Shown here one piece after another: positions 42,451-51,431 of a stretch of DNA of 64,000 bases. Each line of letters opens with the position of its first letter. The stretch's first letter is position 1. Location of the stretch: the NCBI GenBank assembly GCA_002709835.1, contig PAQX01000076.1, forward strand, positions 2,985-66,984, written 5' to 3'. Origin of the DNA: Deltaproteobacteria bacterium. Lineage in GTDB: Bacteria > Myxococcota_A > UBA9160 > UBA4427. Made by a program: the position numbers and the translations under genes. Under the pieces are notes generated by a model. That model was not told where the DNA came from, searched no databases, and saw only the letters and a list, made by a program, of their open reading frames with translations.

Positions 42451-44706
42451 TTGACCCGCTACCTTATCCGCGTGTCCGATACAGCGCGCGCCCCGCTCGA
42501 AGCCACACCGCTGCTCTCTGCCGTTCTCGTCTCGGGAGCAGCAGGACTCAGCTGGGAAGTCCTCTACCAGCACCATGCCGCGCTCGCGCTCGGCGTCTCC
42601 GCCTATGGGACCGCCGTCACCCTCGCCGCCATGATGGCGGGCATGAGCCTCGGCGGCTGGCTGGCCGCGCGGCTCGCGCGGGCCGGCGCCCTGTCCCGGC
42701 CACTCCGGGCCTACGGTGTCGCCGAAATCGTGATCGGCCTTGCGAGCCTCGCGGTCCCGCCGCTCCTCGACCTGCTCGCCTCCCTCGACGTCGTCGTCTG
42801 GCGCAGCGCTCAGGGCCTCGCGCCGGTGGTTCGACTGCTCGGCACGTTTCTGATCCTGATCGTCCCGGCGACCGCGATGGGCGCGACCATCCCGATCATC
42901 GCGCCTGCCGCGCGCCGCGCCGGAACGAACGTCTCCGCGGCCTATGCTCTCAATACGGCGGGCGCCGTCCTCGGCATTCTGGCCGTCACCTTCGTGATCT
43001 TGCCGGAAGTCGGTGTGATGCGGACCGCTTGGGTCGCGGCGGCGCTCAATCTCGCCGTCGGCGTCTACGGGATTGCCGTGGGCGGCCGCGGCGGCGAGCA
43101 CGAAGCTGAGTCCGATGGGAGCTGGCCGGCGCCTCGCGCCCTCGCCCTCGCCTTCCTGAGCGGCGCTGCGATCTTCGCCCTCGAAGTCTCGTGGTTCCGC
43201 TCGATTCGCGCGGCCCTGCAATCGACGACCGAAGCCTTCGCGATCACGATCGCTGCCTTCCTGACCGCACTCTCGATCGGCGCCGCGCTCGCGAGCCTCG
43301 CGCGGCGGCGCGGGCTCGACTTGATCGGGCTCGTCCTTCCGCTCGCGGGAGGCGCGATCCTCATCGCCACGCCGATGATCGATGCCCTCGATCGGTTCAC
43401 GACGCCGACGCTCGAAGCGTCCGTGGCGCCGACTCTCTTCTCTGCCGGGCTTGGACTCCAGCGCTTCGCCTGGGTCATGGGCCTGTGTGGCCTGCCCGCG
43501 GCGCTCCTTGGGACGATTTTCCCTTCCCTGCTCGCCCGTCACGACTCGACCGGAGGCTCGGGGCGCCTCTACGTCGTGAACTCCGCGGGCGCCGTCCTCG
43601 GCTCACTCACCGCAGGCTTCCTCCTTCTCCCCACGATCGGAGCGACGCGGACGAGCTGGGGCGTCGGCCTCGCGATTTGCGCCGCCACTCTGCTCGTACC
43701 GTCCGTCCCTCGGCGCGCACTCGCCGGTGCACTCGTCGCGGCAGTGCTCGGGCTCGGCGTCGCCACGACCATGGAAGGCAGCTCCGGGCGCAACCGCGTT
43801 CAGGGCCATGGTTGGCCGGAGGACGGCGAGGTCGACTTCGTGCGGGAAGGCGCGGACGCCACGACGTGGGTCGTCGACGTCGACGGAACCCACCTGCTCG
43901 TGATCGACGGATTCATCGCCTCCCTCGAACACACGACGAGCAACTACATGCCCTGGATGGGCCACCTCCCCGCCCTCGCCGCTCGAGAACTCGACCGGAC
44001 CCTGGTCATCTGCATGGGCACGGGGCAGACCGCCGACGCCGTCCGTGACCACGGGCCCGGACACCTCGAAGTCGTCGATCTCAACCGCGCCGTCTTCGAC
44101 GCGGCTCCGTTGTTCGAGACGAACGAGGGGGTCCTCGAAGACCCTCGCGTCGATACGAGCGTCATGGACGGACGCGCCTTCTTGCGACGGACGGAAGAGC
44201 GCTTCGACCTGATCACCCTGGAACCCATGCCTCCGAACTTCGCGGGGAGCAACCATCTCTATTCGACGGAGTTCTACGAGCTCGCCCGCGATCGCCTCGC
44301 GCCGGGCGGCACCGCAGCGCAATGGCTTCCCATCCACCTGACCGGCGAGACCGACACCCGTGCCATCATCGGCAGCTTCGCCGAGGTCTTTCCCTACACG
44401 CGTCTATGGCAGGACCCCGTCACGAAGACCGGCGTGCTCGTCGGCGGGCTCGAGCCCTGGACGTTTTCCGAGCCGGCGATCCCTCTCGACTACTCGCTCG
44501 AGCAGATCGAGCGGCAGGTGCTCCTCGACTTCGACGAGATCCGTTTCCTCGTCGCCGGCGGCCCGCGCGTGACCGACGACAACCAGCGACTCTCCTACGG
44601 CCGCGACCGCTTCGAGAGAGGGGCCGCCTCAGGGACTGCCTGGGCGACGGCGCTCAGCGCGCGCAACACGCGCATGCTGCTCCAGAGCCGACTCCATCCG
44701 CGCTGA
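42451..44706 (+). CDS. Fused polytopic membrane domain + spermidine synthase-like methyltransferase-fold protein
   Basis: The N-terminal roughly 430 aa contain many hydrophobic spans. The C-terminal part reads LVICMGTGQTADAVRDHGPGHLEVVDLNRAVFDAA...DGRAFLRRTEERFDLITLEP, which is spermidine-synthase-like. Confidence 0.65.
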   Translation: MTRYLIRVSDTARAPLEATPLLSAVLVSGAAGLSWEVLYQHHAALALGVSAYGTAVTLAAMMAGMSLGGWLAARLARAGALSRPLRAYGVAEIVIGLASLAVPPLLDLLASLDVVVWRSAQGLAPVVRLLGTFLILIVPATAMGATIPIIAPAARRAGTNVSAAYALNTAGAVLGILAVTFVILPEVGVMRTAWVAAALNLAVGVYGIAVGGRGGEHEAESDGSWPAPRALALAFLSGAAIFALEVSWFRSIRAALQSTTEAFAITIAAFLTALSIGAALASLARRRGLDLIGLVLPLAGGAILIATPMIDALDRFTTPTLEASVAPTLFSAGLGLQRFAWVMGLCGLPAALLGTIFPSLLARHDSTGGSGRLYVVNSAGAVLGSLTAGFLLLPTIGATRTSWGVGLAICAATLLVPSVPRRALAGALVAAVLGLGVATTMEGSSGRNRVQGHGWPEDGEVDFVREGADATTWVVDVDGTHLLVIDGFIASLEHTTSNYMPWMGHLPALAARELDRTLVICMGTGQTADAVRDHGPGHLEVVDLNRAVFDAAPLFETNEGVLEDPRVDTSVMDGRAFLRRTEERFDLITLEPMPPNFAGSNHLYSTEFYELARDRLAPGGTAAQWLPIHLTGETDTRAIIGSFAEVFPYTRLWQDPVTKTGVLVGGLEPWTFSEPAIPLDYSLEQIERQVLLDFDEIRFLVAGGPRVTDDNQRLSYGRDRFERGAASGTAWATALSARNTRMLLQSRLHPR

Positions 44707-44815
44707 GCAAAGCCCGCACCTCGTCGGCTCGAAGGCGCTCTGGACTCCTTCTCGAGCAACGAAGAACGAGCAGAGGCTGCGTCCCGGCTGTCCGCTTCGC
44801 TCGAGGATGGAGTTG

Positions 44816-44843
44816 CCCCTGAGCTCTCCCTTCGGCTGAGGGG
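44816..44843. terminator. Imperfect hairpin between convergent genes (possible bidirectional terminator)
   Basis: CCCCTGAGC (44816-44824) pairs with GCTGAGGGG (44835-44843), 8 of 9 pairs, with a 10-nt loop. No U-tract. Confidence 0.2.
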
Positions 44844-44908
44844 GTGGGTCCACAACCCCTTCCCTCCGAAGGAATCCCAGGCGCCAACGAGCCCTTCAGC
44901 CCTCGGAG

Positions 44909-46108
44909 CTAGCCGAGCCGAGGCTCGATGAATGCCGTTCGGTAGTCGGCGAAGTCGGCCTTGATCCCTTCCTCGGAGAGACCGTACTCGTCGAGCGTGT
45001 ACTCGTGGGGCGGCCGCTTCTCGCGCGGGTTGTCGGCGCGCCACTGCTCCATGCCGGCGCGGGCTTCTTCGGTCATCTCGATCCCGAACTGCGCGTAGGC
45101 GCGGGTCAACTCTTCGATCGGGCTCTTGAGCGCATCGAGGAACCAGAGGTCCGCGAAGCGGTGATCACCGTGACGCTTGCGGGCCTCCATACACCGATTC
45201 GTCGACCACGCCATCCGGTCCTTCCACTGGCTTCCGGCCTGGGCCATCTGCGCAGGCGAGGGATCGCCGTAGAGCGCCCAGTAGGACCCGTTCATCGACG
45301 CCGCGGAGGCGACCGTCTCGACGGGATCCCGATGGGTCAGGATCACGTTGGCGCCTTCGAAGACTTCGAAGAGAGAGTCGATGAAACCGAGGTGATTGGG
45401 GGCCTTCAGGACCCAGCGCTCGCGGACGTTGCCGCGCTGGCGCTTCTGCCACTGGAGCGACTGGATCAGCTTCTTGAGATAGCGGTAGCTGGGCGTCCAG
45501 TCCTGCTCGCTGATCCAGTTTCGATAGGTCGGGATGTTGCAGAAGGCCTCGGGCACGTAGGAGAGGAAGGAATGCTCCATGAGCATGATCTCTTCATCGG
45601 GCGCGAGGGCATCCCAAGGATGAATCGACTTCTGACGCGGGTCCGCTTCGAGGATCGCGGCGACCTCCGCCTCGGCGATCGGGATTCGCGGATCCGGCTT
45701 GTTCCAGTCCGTGTCCGCGTGCGGCGCGGGGAATCGCGTCTCCCACCACATGCAGGCGTGGTTGCGCGGATCGCTCGCGATGATCCGCTGGAGCATCGTC
45801 GTCCCCGTCCGCGCCTGACCGATCACGACGATCGGAGCGCCGATCTCCTCCTCGAGGATCTCCGGGTGGCGCGTGATCCAGTGCTGTATCCGGAGCCGCG
45901 TCTCGAGACTCTCGATCACCCGCGTGCGCAGGATCTGACGGCCGAGATCGTTGAGGGGCGCTTCCTCGCGGAGCGACCAGGTGAGCTTCTCGAAGGCCGG
46001 CCGGAACTCGTCGGGACCGAAGTCCGAGAGGCCGGCGTTGGACTGCGCTTCGTCCAACAGCTCCGCGTCCTGAAAGGCGGCCTGATTCTCGGCGGATCCA
46101 CTGCTCAT
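44909..46108 (-). CDS. Sulfotransferase-family protein (paralogue 2 of 3)
   Basis: The ATG at 46108 follows AGGAG. MSSGSAENQ... PAPS-loop-like string: VVIGQARTGTTMLQRII. Also RWVLKAPNHL and THRDPV. The upstream 222 codons of the track ORF are rejected. Confidence 0.8.
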   Translation of the reverse strand: MSSGSAENQAAFQDAELLDEAQSNAGLSDFGPDEFRPAFEKLTWSLREEAPLNDLGRQILRTRVIESLETRLRIQHWITRHPEILEEEIGAPIVVIGQARTGTTMLQRIIASDPRNHACMWWETRFPAPHADTDWNKPDPRIPIAEAEVAAILEADPRQKSIHPWDALAPDEEIMLMEHSFLSYVPEAFCNIPTYRNWISEQDWTPSYRYLKKLIQSLQWQKRQRGNVRERWVLKAPNHLGFIDSLFEVFEGANVILTHRDPVETVASAASMNGSYWALYGDPSPAQMAQAGSQWKDRMAWSTNRCMEARKRHGDHRFADLWFLDALKSPIEELTRAYAQFGIEMTEEARAGMEQWRADNPREKRPPHEYTLDEYGLSEEGIKADFADYRTAFIEPRLG

Positions 46109-46363
46109 CGTCTTTGCTCCTGGGAGTGACCGGCCTACGCGACAGGGCACGCCGGGAGCGTCAGGGTAGGAACCCCGACTCGGTGCTTCAATCGCCCCGA
46201 GAGATCCGCGACGCACGGGTCCTTCCGCCCGATCGTGCCGCATCTCGTGCCGCTCGACCGGCCGTCCGGAACGCCCTGCGTCTCGATGGGGGTGGCCTCC
46301 ACCCCCGCCTCCAGACCTCGTCCGGCTATGCGAGACTGGAGGAGTCCGACCGAGGAGCCCCCG

Positions 46364-47737
46364 ATGACCCACCCGCACGAAAGCCCCGCACTCGAATCCA
46401 TGGAGGCGCGCACCGACAAGGTCGTGCGCTGGATCGAGGAGCACCTCGGCGGGCGCGTCACCCACATCGATCCGCAGGCGCGTTGGCGTCCGGTGTGGTT
46501 CGCCGAGGTCGAGCGGGACGCCGAGAAACTCGAGCTCTGCGTGCGCGGCGACCGTCTCGACTGCGTCCACGGCTTTCCCCTCGAGAACGAAATGAAGTTC
46601 CAGGCCCTCCTGCACGATGCAGGGATCCCCGTCGCGAAGGTCCACGGCTGGATCGACGACCCGCGGGCCTACGTCATGGACCGGATCGACGGGGTCGAGC
46701 ACTTCCGAAACATCGACGACGCCGAACGCGACGACGTGATGCGCCATTACATGGAGCTCCTCGCGAAGATCCACGCGCTCCCGATCGACCGCTTCGTGGA
46801 AGCGGATCTGCTCCGAGCAGACACACCCGCCCGGTCCGGATGGGTCGGGATGCAGACCTACTGGGACGCCTATCGGGCGGCAAAGAAGCGGCCGGATCCG
46901 CTACTCGAGTTCTGCTTCGCCTGGCTTCGCCGCAACCCGATCGGGGGCGAGGTCCGAGAAACTCCGATCGTCTGGGACTCGGGCCAGCTGATGCATCGAG
47001 ATGGGCGCGTCCAGGCGGTGATCGATCTCGAGCTTGGGCACATCGGCGACCCGATGATGGATCTCGCGGGGTTCCGGATGCGAACCAGCGTCCTCAACTA
47101 CGGCGACTTCGAAGCCCTCTACGACCACTACGAAGCGCACGGCGGCCAGAGGATCGATCGCCGCGCGATTCAGTACCACCACTTCTGCTTCACGCTCTCC
47201 AACCAGCTCGCCTTCCACGATGCGCTCGCGGAGCCGCCGGAAGGCTCCGACTACATGACGAACATGCAGTGGTGCGCCGAGACCAACATCTACGCGATGG
47301 AGGCAATGGGGGAGATTCTGGGAATCGAGCTGACGCCGCCCGAGATGCCCGAAGCGCGGGTCTCGACGGGGGCCGCGGGACACGACCACCTGATCCGATG
47401 GCTGCGCTCGACGGAAGCCCACGACGAGTACACCCAGCACCAGTTCCGCATCTTCTTCCGGCTCGCGCGCCATCTCCAGCGAACCGACGAGATTGGCGCC
47501 GCGGTCGACGAAGCGAATCTCGACGAGCTCGCGCCGCTGCTGGGCTTCCGCCCGACCACCTGGCAGGAAGGGGACGCCGCCCTCGAGCGTCTGGTCCAGG
47601 AGGACGACGGGACCCACGACGAGGCCCTCGTCCGCCTTTTCCATGCGCGTACGTGGCGCTACCTCATGCTGTGCGGACCCGAGGGCTCGGCCATCGCCCG
47701 CCACAACCCGATCCCGGAGTTCCGGGTCGACCGCTAG
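46364..47737 (+). CDS. Phosphotransferase-family protein (APH/choline-kinase-like fold)
   Basis: The ATG at 46364 follows GAGGAG. Strings: DSGQLMHRDGRVQAVIDLELGHIGDPMMDLAGF (catalytic-loop and D-x-E region) and LHDAGIPVAKVHGW. Confidence 0.7.
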   Translation: MTHPHESPALESMEARTDKVVRWIEEHLGGRVTHIDPQARWRPVWFAEVERDAEKLELCVRGDRLDCVHGFPLENEMKFQALLHDAGIPVAKVHGWIDDPRAYVMDRIDGVEHFRNIDDAERDDVMRHYMELLAKIHALPIDRFVEADLLRADTPARSGWVGMQTYWDAYRAAKKRPDPLLEFCFAWLRRNPIGGEVRETPIVWDSGQLMHRDGRVQAVIDLELGHIGDPMMDLAGFRMRTSVLNYGDFEALYDHYEAHGGQRIDRRAIQYHHFCFTLSNQLAFHDALAEPPEGSDYMTNMQWCAETNIYAMEAMGEILGIELTPPEMPEARVSTGAAGHDHLIRWLRSTEAHDEYTQHQFRIFFRLARHLQRTDEIGAAVDEANLDELAPLLGFRPTTWQEGDAALERLVQEDDGTHDEALVRLFHARTWRYLMLCGPEGSAIARHNPIPEFRVDR

Positions 47738-47749
47738 CCGGAGAATCCC

Positions 47750-48550
47750 ATGCCGAAGATCGAATATCCCGCCTACGACCTGATCGAGGTCGACGTCGAC
47801 GAGACGACCCATGTGGGTCAGCTGACCCTGAACGCTCCGAAGAAGCTGAACGCACTCGGGGTCGCCATGCTGACCGAGATGCGCGACGGGGTGAACCGGC
47901 TCAACGCCGACCGGAACGTCCGCGTCGTGATTCTGACCGGCGCGGGCCGAGCGTTCTCCGCCGGGGCAGACCTGACCGAAGGCGCGACGGGAACGGGTGT
48001 CGCGGACCACCTCCAGCAGGACCACCGCCCCGTCCTCGAGGCGATCCTACGTGCGCCCAAGCCGTGGATCAGCGCCATCAACGGCGCCTGCGCCGGCGTC
48101 GGCAGCGCCTACGGCATGATCTGCGACCTCTCCGTCATGGCGGAAGACGCTTACATCTACCAGGCCTTCGCCGGGATCGGCCTGATCCCGGACGGCGGCG
48201 CGACCTGGCTGCTGGCGAACGCCCTCGGCCGCAAGCGCGCGTACGAGATCATCGCGACCGGCGAGAAGGTCGCAGCCGACAAGTGCCTCGACTGGGGACT
48301 CGTGAATCGGGTCGTCCCGAGCGATGCGCTCCTGGCGGAAACCCGGGCTTGGGCCGAGGAGCTTGCCCAGCGCGCCCCGCTCTCGCTCCGTTATGCGAAG
48401 GCCTCGCTCCGGACGGCCTCCACCAGCGACTACGGAGCGGCCTACGACCGGGAGGTCGAGCTCCAGGCGATCGCGGGCAGCAGCCACGATTCCCAGGAGG
48501 CGATCAAGGCATTCCGGGAGAAGCGGACGCCGACCTTCGAAGGGCGCTAG
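47750..48550 (+). CDS. Enoyl-CoA hydratase/isomerase family
   Basis: Strings: VVILTGAGRAFSAGADL, INGACAGVGSAYGMICD, FREKRTPTFEGR. Confidence 0.9.
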   Translation: MPKIEYPAYDLIEVDVDETTHVGQLTLNAPKKLNALGVAMLTEMRDGVNRLNADRNVRVVILTGAGRAFSAGADLTEGATGTGVADHLQQDHRPVLEAILRAPKPWISAINGACAGVGSAYGMICDLSVMAEDAYIYQAFAGIGLIPDGGATWLLANALGRKRAYEIIATGEKVAADKCLDWGLVNRVVPSDALLAETRAWAEELAQRAPLSLRYAKASLRTASTSDYGAAYDREVELQAIAGSSHDSQEAIKAFREKRTPTFEGR

Positions 48551-49094
48551 CCCGACGTTCTGTGACCCTTTCCAATCGTTCCTTGACCATGCTCGATCTT
48601 TCGGCGGACGCGTTCCCGGTTCTTTGGTGACTTTTTTCGAGAGTTCCGGTGATCGACACGAACCGTGACCGGTCGACCCTCGTCCTCGGAGACCAGAAAC
48701 GGAGAGCCCACTCGCATCGCGGCGAGCGCATCCCCCCTCTTCCCGAAATGCCTCCAGGATCTCCGGGTCGAGCTTCGCCTCCACGGTCCGCCGATCGAGT
48801 CGGAGGATGCGCGACGCCGTTTCCCAGGAAGCGACCGTCGCGTAGACCCGCGCCACCGACTCGCCAAACACCTCGACGGCACTCACCTTTCCCACGAAGC
48901 GCGCGGGCACGACCGCAGCAGCCGCACGGAGCGCCGCAGCTTCGCCGGTGCGCGGCGCCGAGTGGATCCCTCCGGAGTCCTCCGTCACGCGATCGCAAGA
49001 CGGACTCCCGATCTCGCTCGCGCGGTTCGCAGGGACGCGCATCAGAAGTGGACGAGCCGCTACCCTCGGCCGCCCCGTTTCCAGAGGAATCCCC

Positions 49095-50642
49095 ATGAAC
49101 GGTGCAGAGAGTCTTCTTCGCTCCCTCGTCGCAAGCGACGTCGAGGTCTGTTTCACCAACCCCGGAACATCGGAGATGCATTTCGTCGCAGCGCTCGATC
49201 GCGTCCCCGGCATGCGCACGGTACTCGGCCTCCAGGAGAACGTCGTCACCGGCGCCGCCGACGGCTACGGTCGGATGGCCGACAAGCCGGCGTCCACCCT
49301 CCTCCACCTCGGCCCCGGCCTCGCGAACGGACTGGCGAATCTGCACAACGCACGACGCGCGCACACGCCGATCGTGAACGTGATCGGAGACCACGCCGTC
49401 GATCACGCCCACCTCGACGCGCCGCTGACGTCCGACGTCGAAGGCGTCGCGGACCCCTTCTCGCACTGGATCCGCACGTCGAAGACTTCGCGTGCCGTGG
49501 GCCGAGACGCCGCAGAAGCCGTCGCCGCCGCACGCGCACACCCGGGTCGGATCGCGTCGCTGATCCTACCGGCCGACGCCAGCTGGAACGAGCCCGGCGT
49601 CGACGCGAAGTCGATCCCGATTCCGGCGCCGACGAGCGCCCCCGGCGAGGTGATCGAAGAAATCGCGACTCGTTTGCAGCAGAGCGCGCGGCCGGCGCTC
49701 CTCATGAATGGCAAGGCGCTTCGCGGCCGCGCCCTCGAGCTCGCGGCGGCGATCGGGAGGGCGACCGGCGCCCGCGTCATTTCCGACACGTTCTACGGTC
49801 GCCTCGAGCGCGGCGGTGACCGCGCGGCGATCGAGCGCCTCCCCTATTTCCCAGAGCAGGCCGCGGAAGCGATCGCCGACGTGACCGATCTCGTCCTCGT
49901 CCATACGAAGGCGCCCGTCGGTTTCTTCGCCTACCCGGACAAGCCGAGCATCCTGACCGCCGTGACCACCCGGGTGTCGATCCTCGCCGAGCTCGAAGAA
50001 GACGCCGAAGGCGCACTCGAAGTCCTCGCCGACCGACTCGGCGTGCCGGCGTTCTCGCTTGGCGACTTCCGGGCGACCGAGCCGATTCCGGCGATGCCGG
50101 AAGGCGACCTCAATCCCTTCACGCTGGCGCAGGCCGTGGCCGCGACGATGCCCGAGCAGACGATCGTCGTCGACGAAGGCGCAACCGGCAGCGTCTTCGC
50201 CCTGCCGATCACCGCGAGCGCACCGGCCCATGATTGGCTGTCCCTGACCGGCGGCGCGATCGGTTTCGGCATGCCGAGCTCGATCGGCGCAGCGATCGCC
50301 TGCCCGGATCGCCCGGTGCTCAACCTCCAGGCGGATGGCTCGGCCATGTATACGGTCCAGTCGCTCTGGACGCAGGCACGCGAGGACCTGAATGTCACGA
50401 CGCTCATCCTCGCCAATCGGAAATACGGGATCCTGAACGCCGAGCTCGACCGAACCGGCGCGGCCCCCAGCAAGGAAGCGGAGAAGCTCTTCGACCTGTC
50501 GGGACCGGAGCTCGACTTCACGTCCCTTGCGAAGGGCATGGGCGTTCCGGCGGAGCGCGTGACCGATGCCGCGGCGCTCGGAAGGGCTCTCGCTCGCGCT
50601 TACGCCGAGCCGGGACCGCACTTGATCGAAGCGATGCTCTAG
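49095..50642 (+). CDS. Thiamine-diphosphate-dependent enzyme (acetolactate synthase large-subunit-like)
   Basis: The ATG at 49095 follows AGAGGA. Strings: MNGAESLLRSLVASDVEVCFTNPGTSEMHF and GGAIGFGMPSSIGAAIACPDRPVLNLQADGSAMYTVQSLWT, followed by NRKYGILN. Confidence 0.85.
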   Translation: MNGAESLLRSLVASDVEVCFTNPGTSEMHFVAALDRVPGMRTVLGLQENVVTGAADGYGRMADKPASTLLHLGPGLANGLANLHNARRAHTPIVNVIGDHAVDHAHLDAPLTSDVEGVADPFSHWIRTSKTSRAVGRDAAEAVAAARAHPGRIASLILPADASWNEPGVDAKSIPIPAPTSAPGEVIEEIATRLQQSARPALLMNGKALRGRALELAAAIGRATGARVISDTFYGRLERGGDRAAIERLPYFPEQAAEAIADVTDLVLVHTKAPVGFFAYPDKPSILTAVTTRVSILAELEEDAEGALEVLADRLGVPAFSLGDFRATEPIPAMPEGDLNPFTLAQAVAATMPEQTIVVDEGATGSVFALPITASAPAHDWLSLTGGAIGFGMPSSIGAAIACPDRPVLNLQADGSAMYTVQSLWTQAREDLNVTTLILANRKYGILNAELDRTGAAPSKEAEKLFDLSGPELDFTSLAKGMGVPAERVTDAAALGRALARAYAEPGPHLIEAML

Positions 50643-50875
50643 GAGGATTCGCTGAAGGTGCAGCAGAGTCTGCTTCCAGCGGAACCGTTCAAGGGTCGCT
50701 GCAGCCTTTATGATGACGCCTACAGATGTTTCAACCACGAGCCACGCCACACCCATCCTCGTCTTTCTCCTCTCTTACCGCTCGGAATGAGGCGGCCGCG
50801 CCAAGAGCGAAGCAGGCGCACGACCAACGCGACTCCTAGACTGCTCAGGTTCAGGCAACGCGACGAGGAGACGGA

Positions 50876-51286
50876 ATGACGATCGGAAAAGGCGTCGAGC
50901 TCGACACGCTGATCAAGGAAGCCGAGGCGGAAATCGAAGCCGTCGATGCCCAGGAGCTGCAATCGACGATCGAAGACGACGATCTCGTCGTCATCGACCT
51001 CCGGGACATACGGGAACTCCAACGCGAGGGGCACCTGCCCGGTGCCGTCCACATGCCCCGCGGCATGCTCGAGTTCTGGATCTCGCCCGAGAGTCCCTAC
51101 GCTCGCCCGATCTTTCAGGAGGACAAGCGCTTCGTCTTCTACTGCGCGATGGGCTGGCGCTCAGCCCTCGCCTGTCAGGTCGCGACGCGCATGGGTCTCG
51201 AGAGGGCGGCCCACCTCGACGGCGGCTTTGGCGCCTGGAAGGAAGCGGGCTTCGACATCGTGGCCTACGAGAAAAGAAAGAAGTAG
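50876..51286 (+). CDS. Rhodanese-domain protein
   Basis: Active-site loop: FYCAMGWRS. Also VVIDLRDIRE...GHLPGAVHMPRG and GGFGAWKEAG. Confidence 0.8.
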   Translation: MTIGKGVELDTLIKEAEAEIEAVDAQELQSTIEDDDLVVIDLRDIRELQREGHLPGAVHMPRGMLEFWISPESPYARPIFQEDKRFVFYCAMGWRSALACQVATRMGLERAAHLDGGFGAWKEAGFDIVAYEKRKK

Positions 51287-51431
51287 GCGATCCGACCGGA
51301 AGCAGACCCGCAGTTCACCCGCTCCCGCAGCCCTCTGATATTCTGAAGGGGCTCCTCGCGAGCCCGGAATCCGACCCCTCGCCGGCAGGCCCCGCCGCCG
51401 GACGCTCAGTCTCACCTCGGAGAACCCACCC

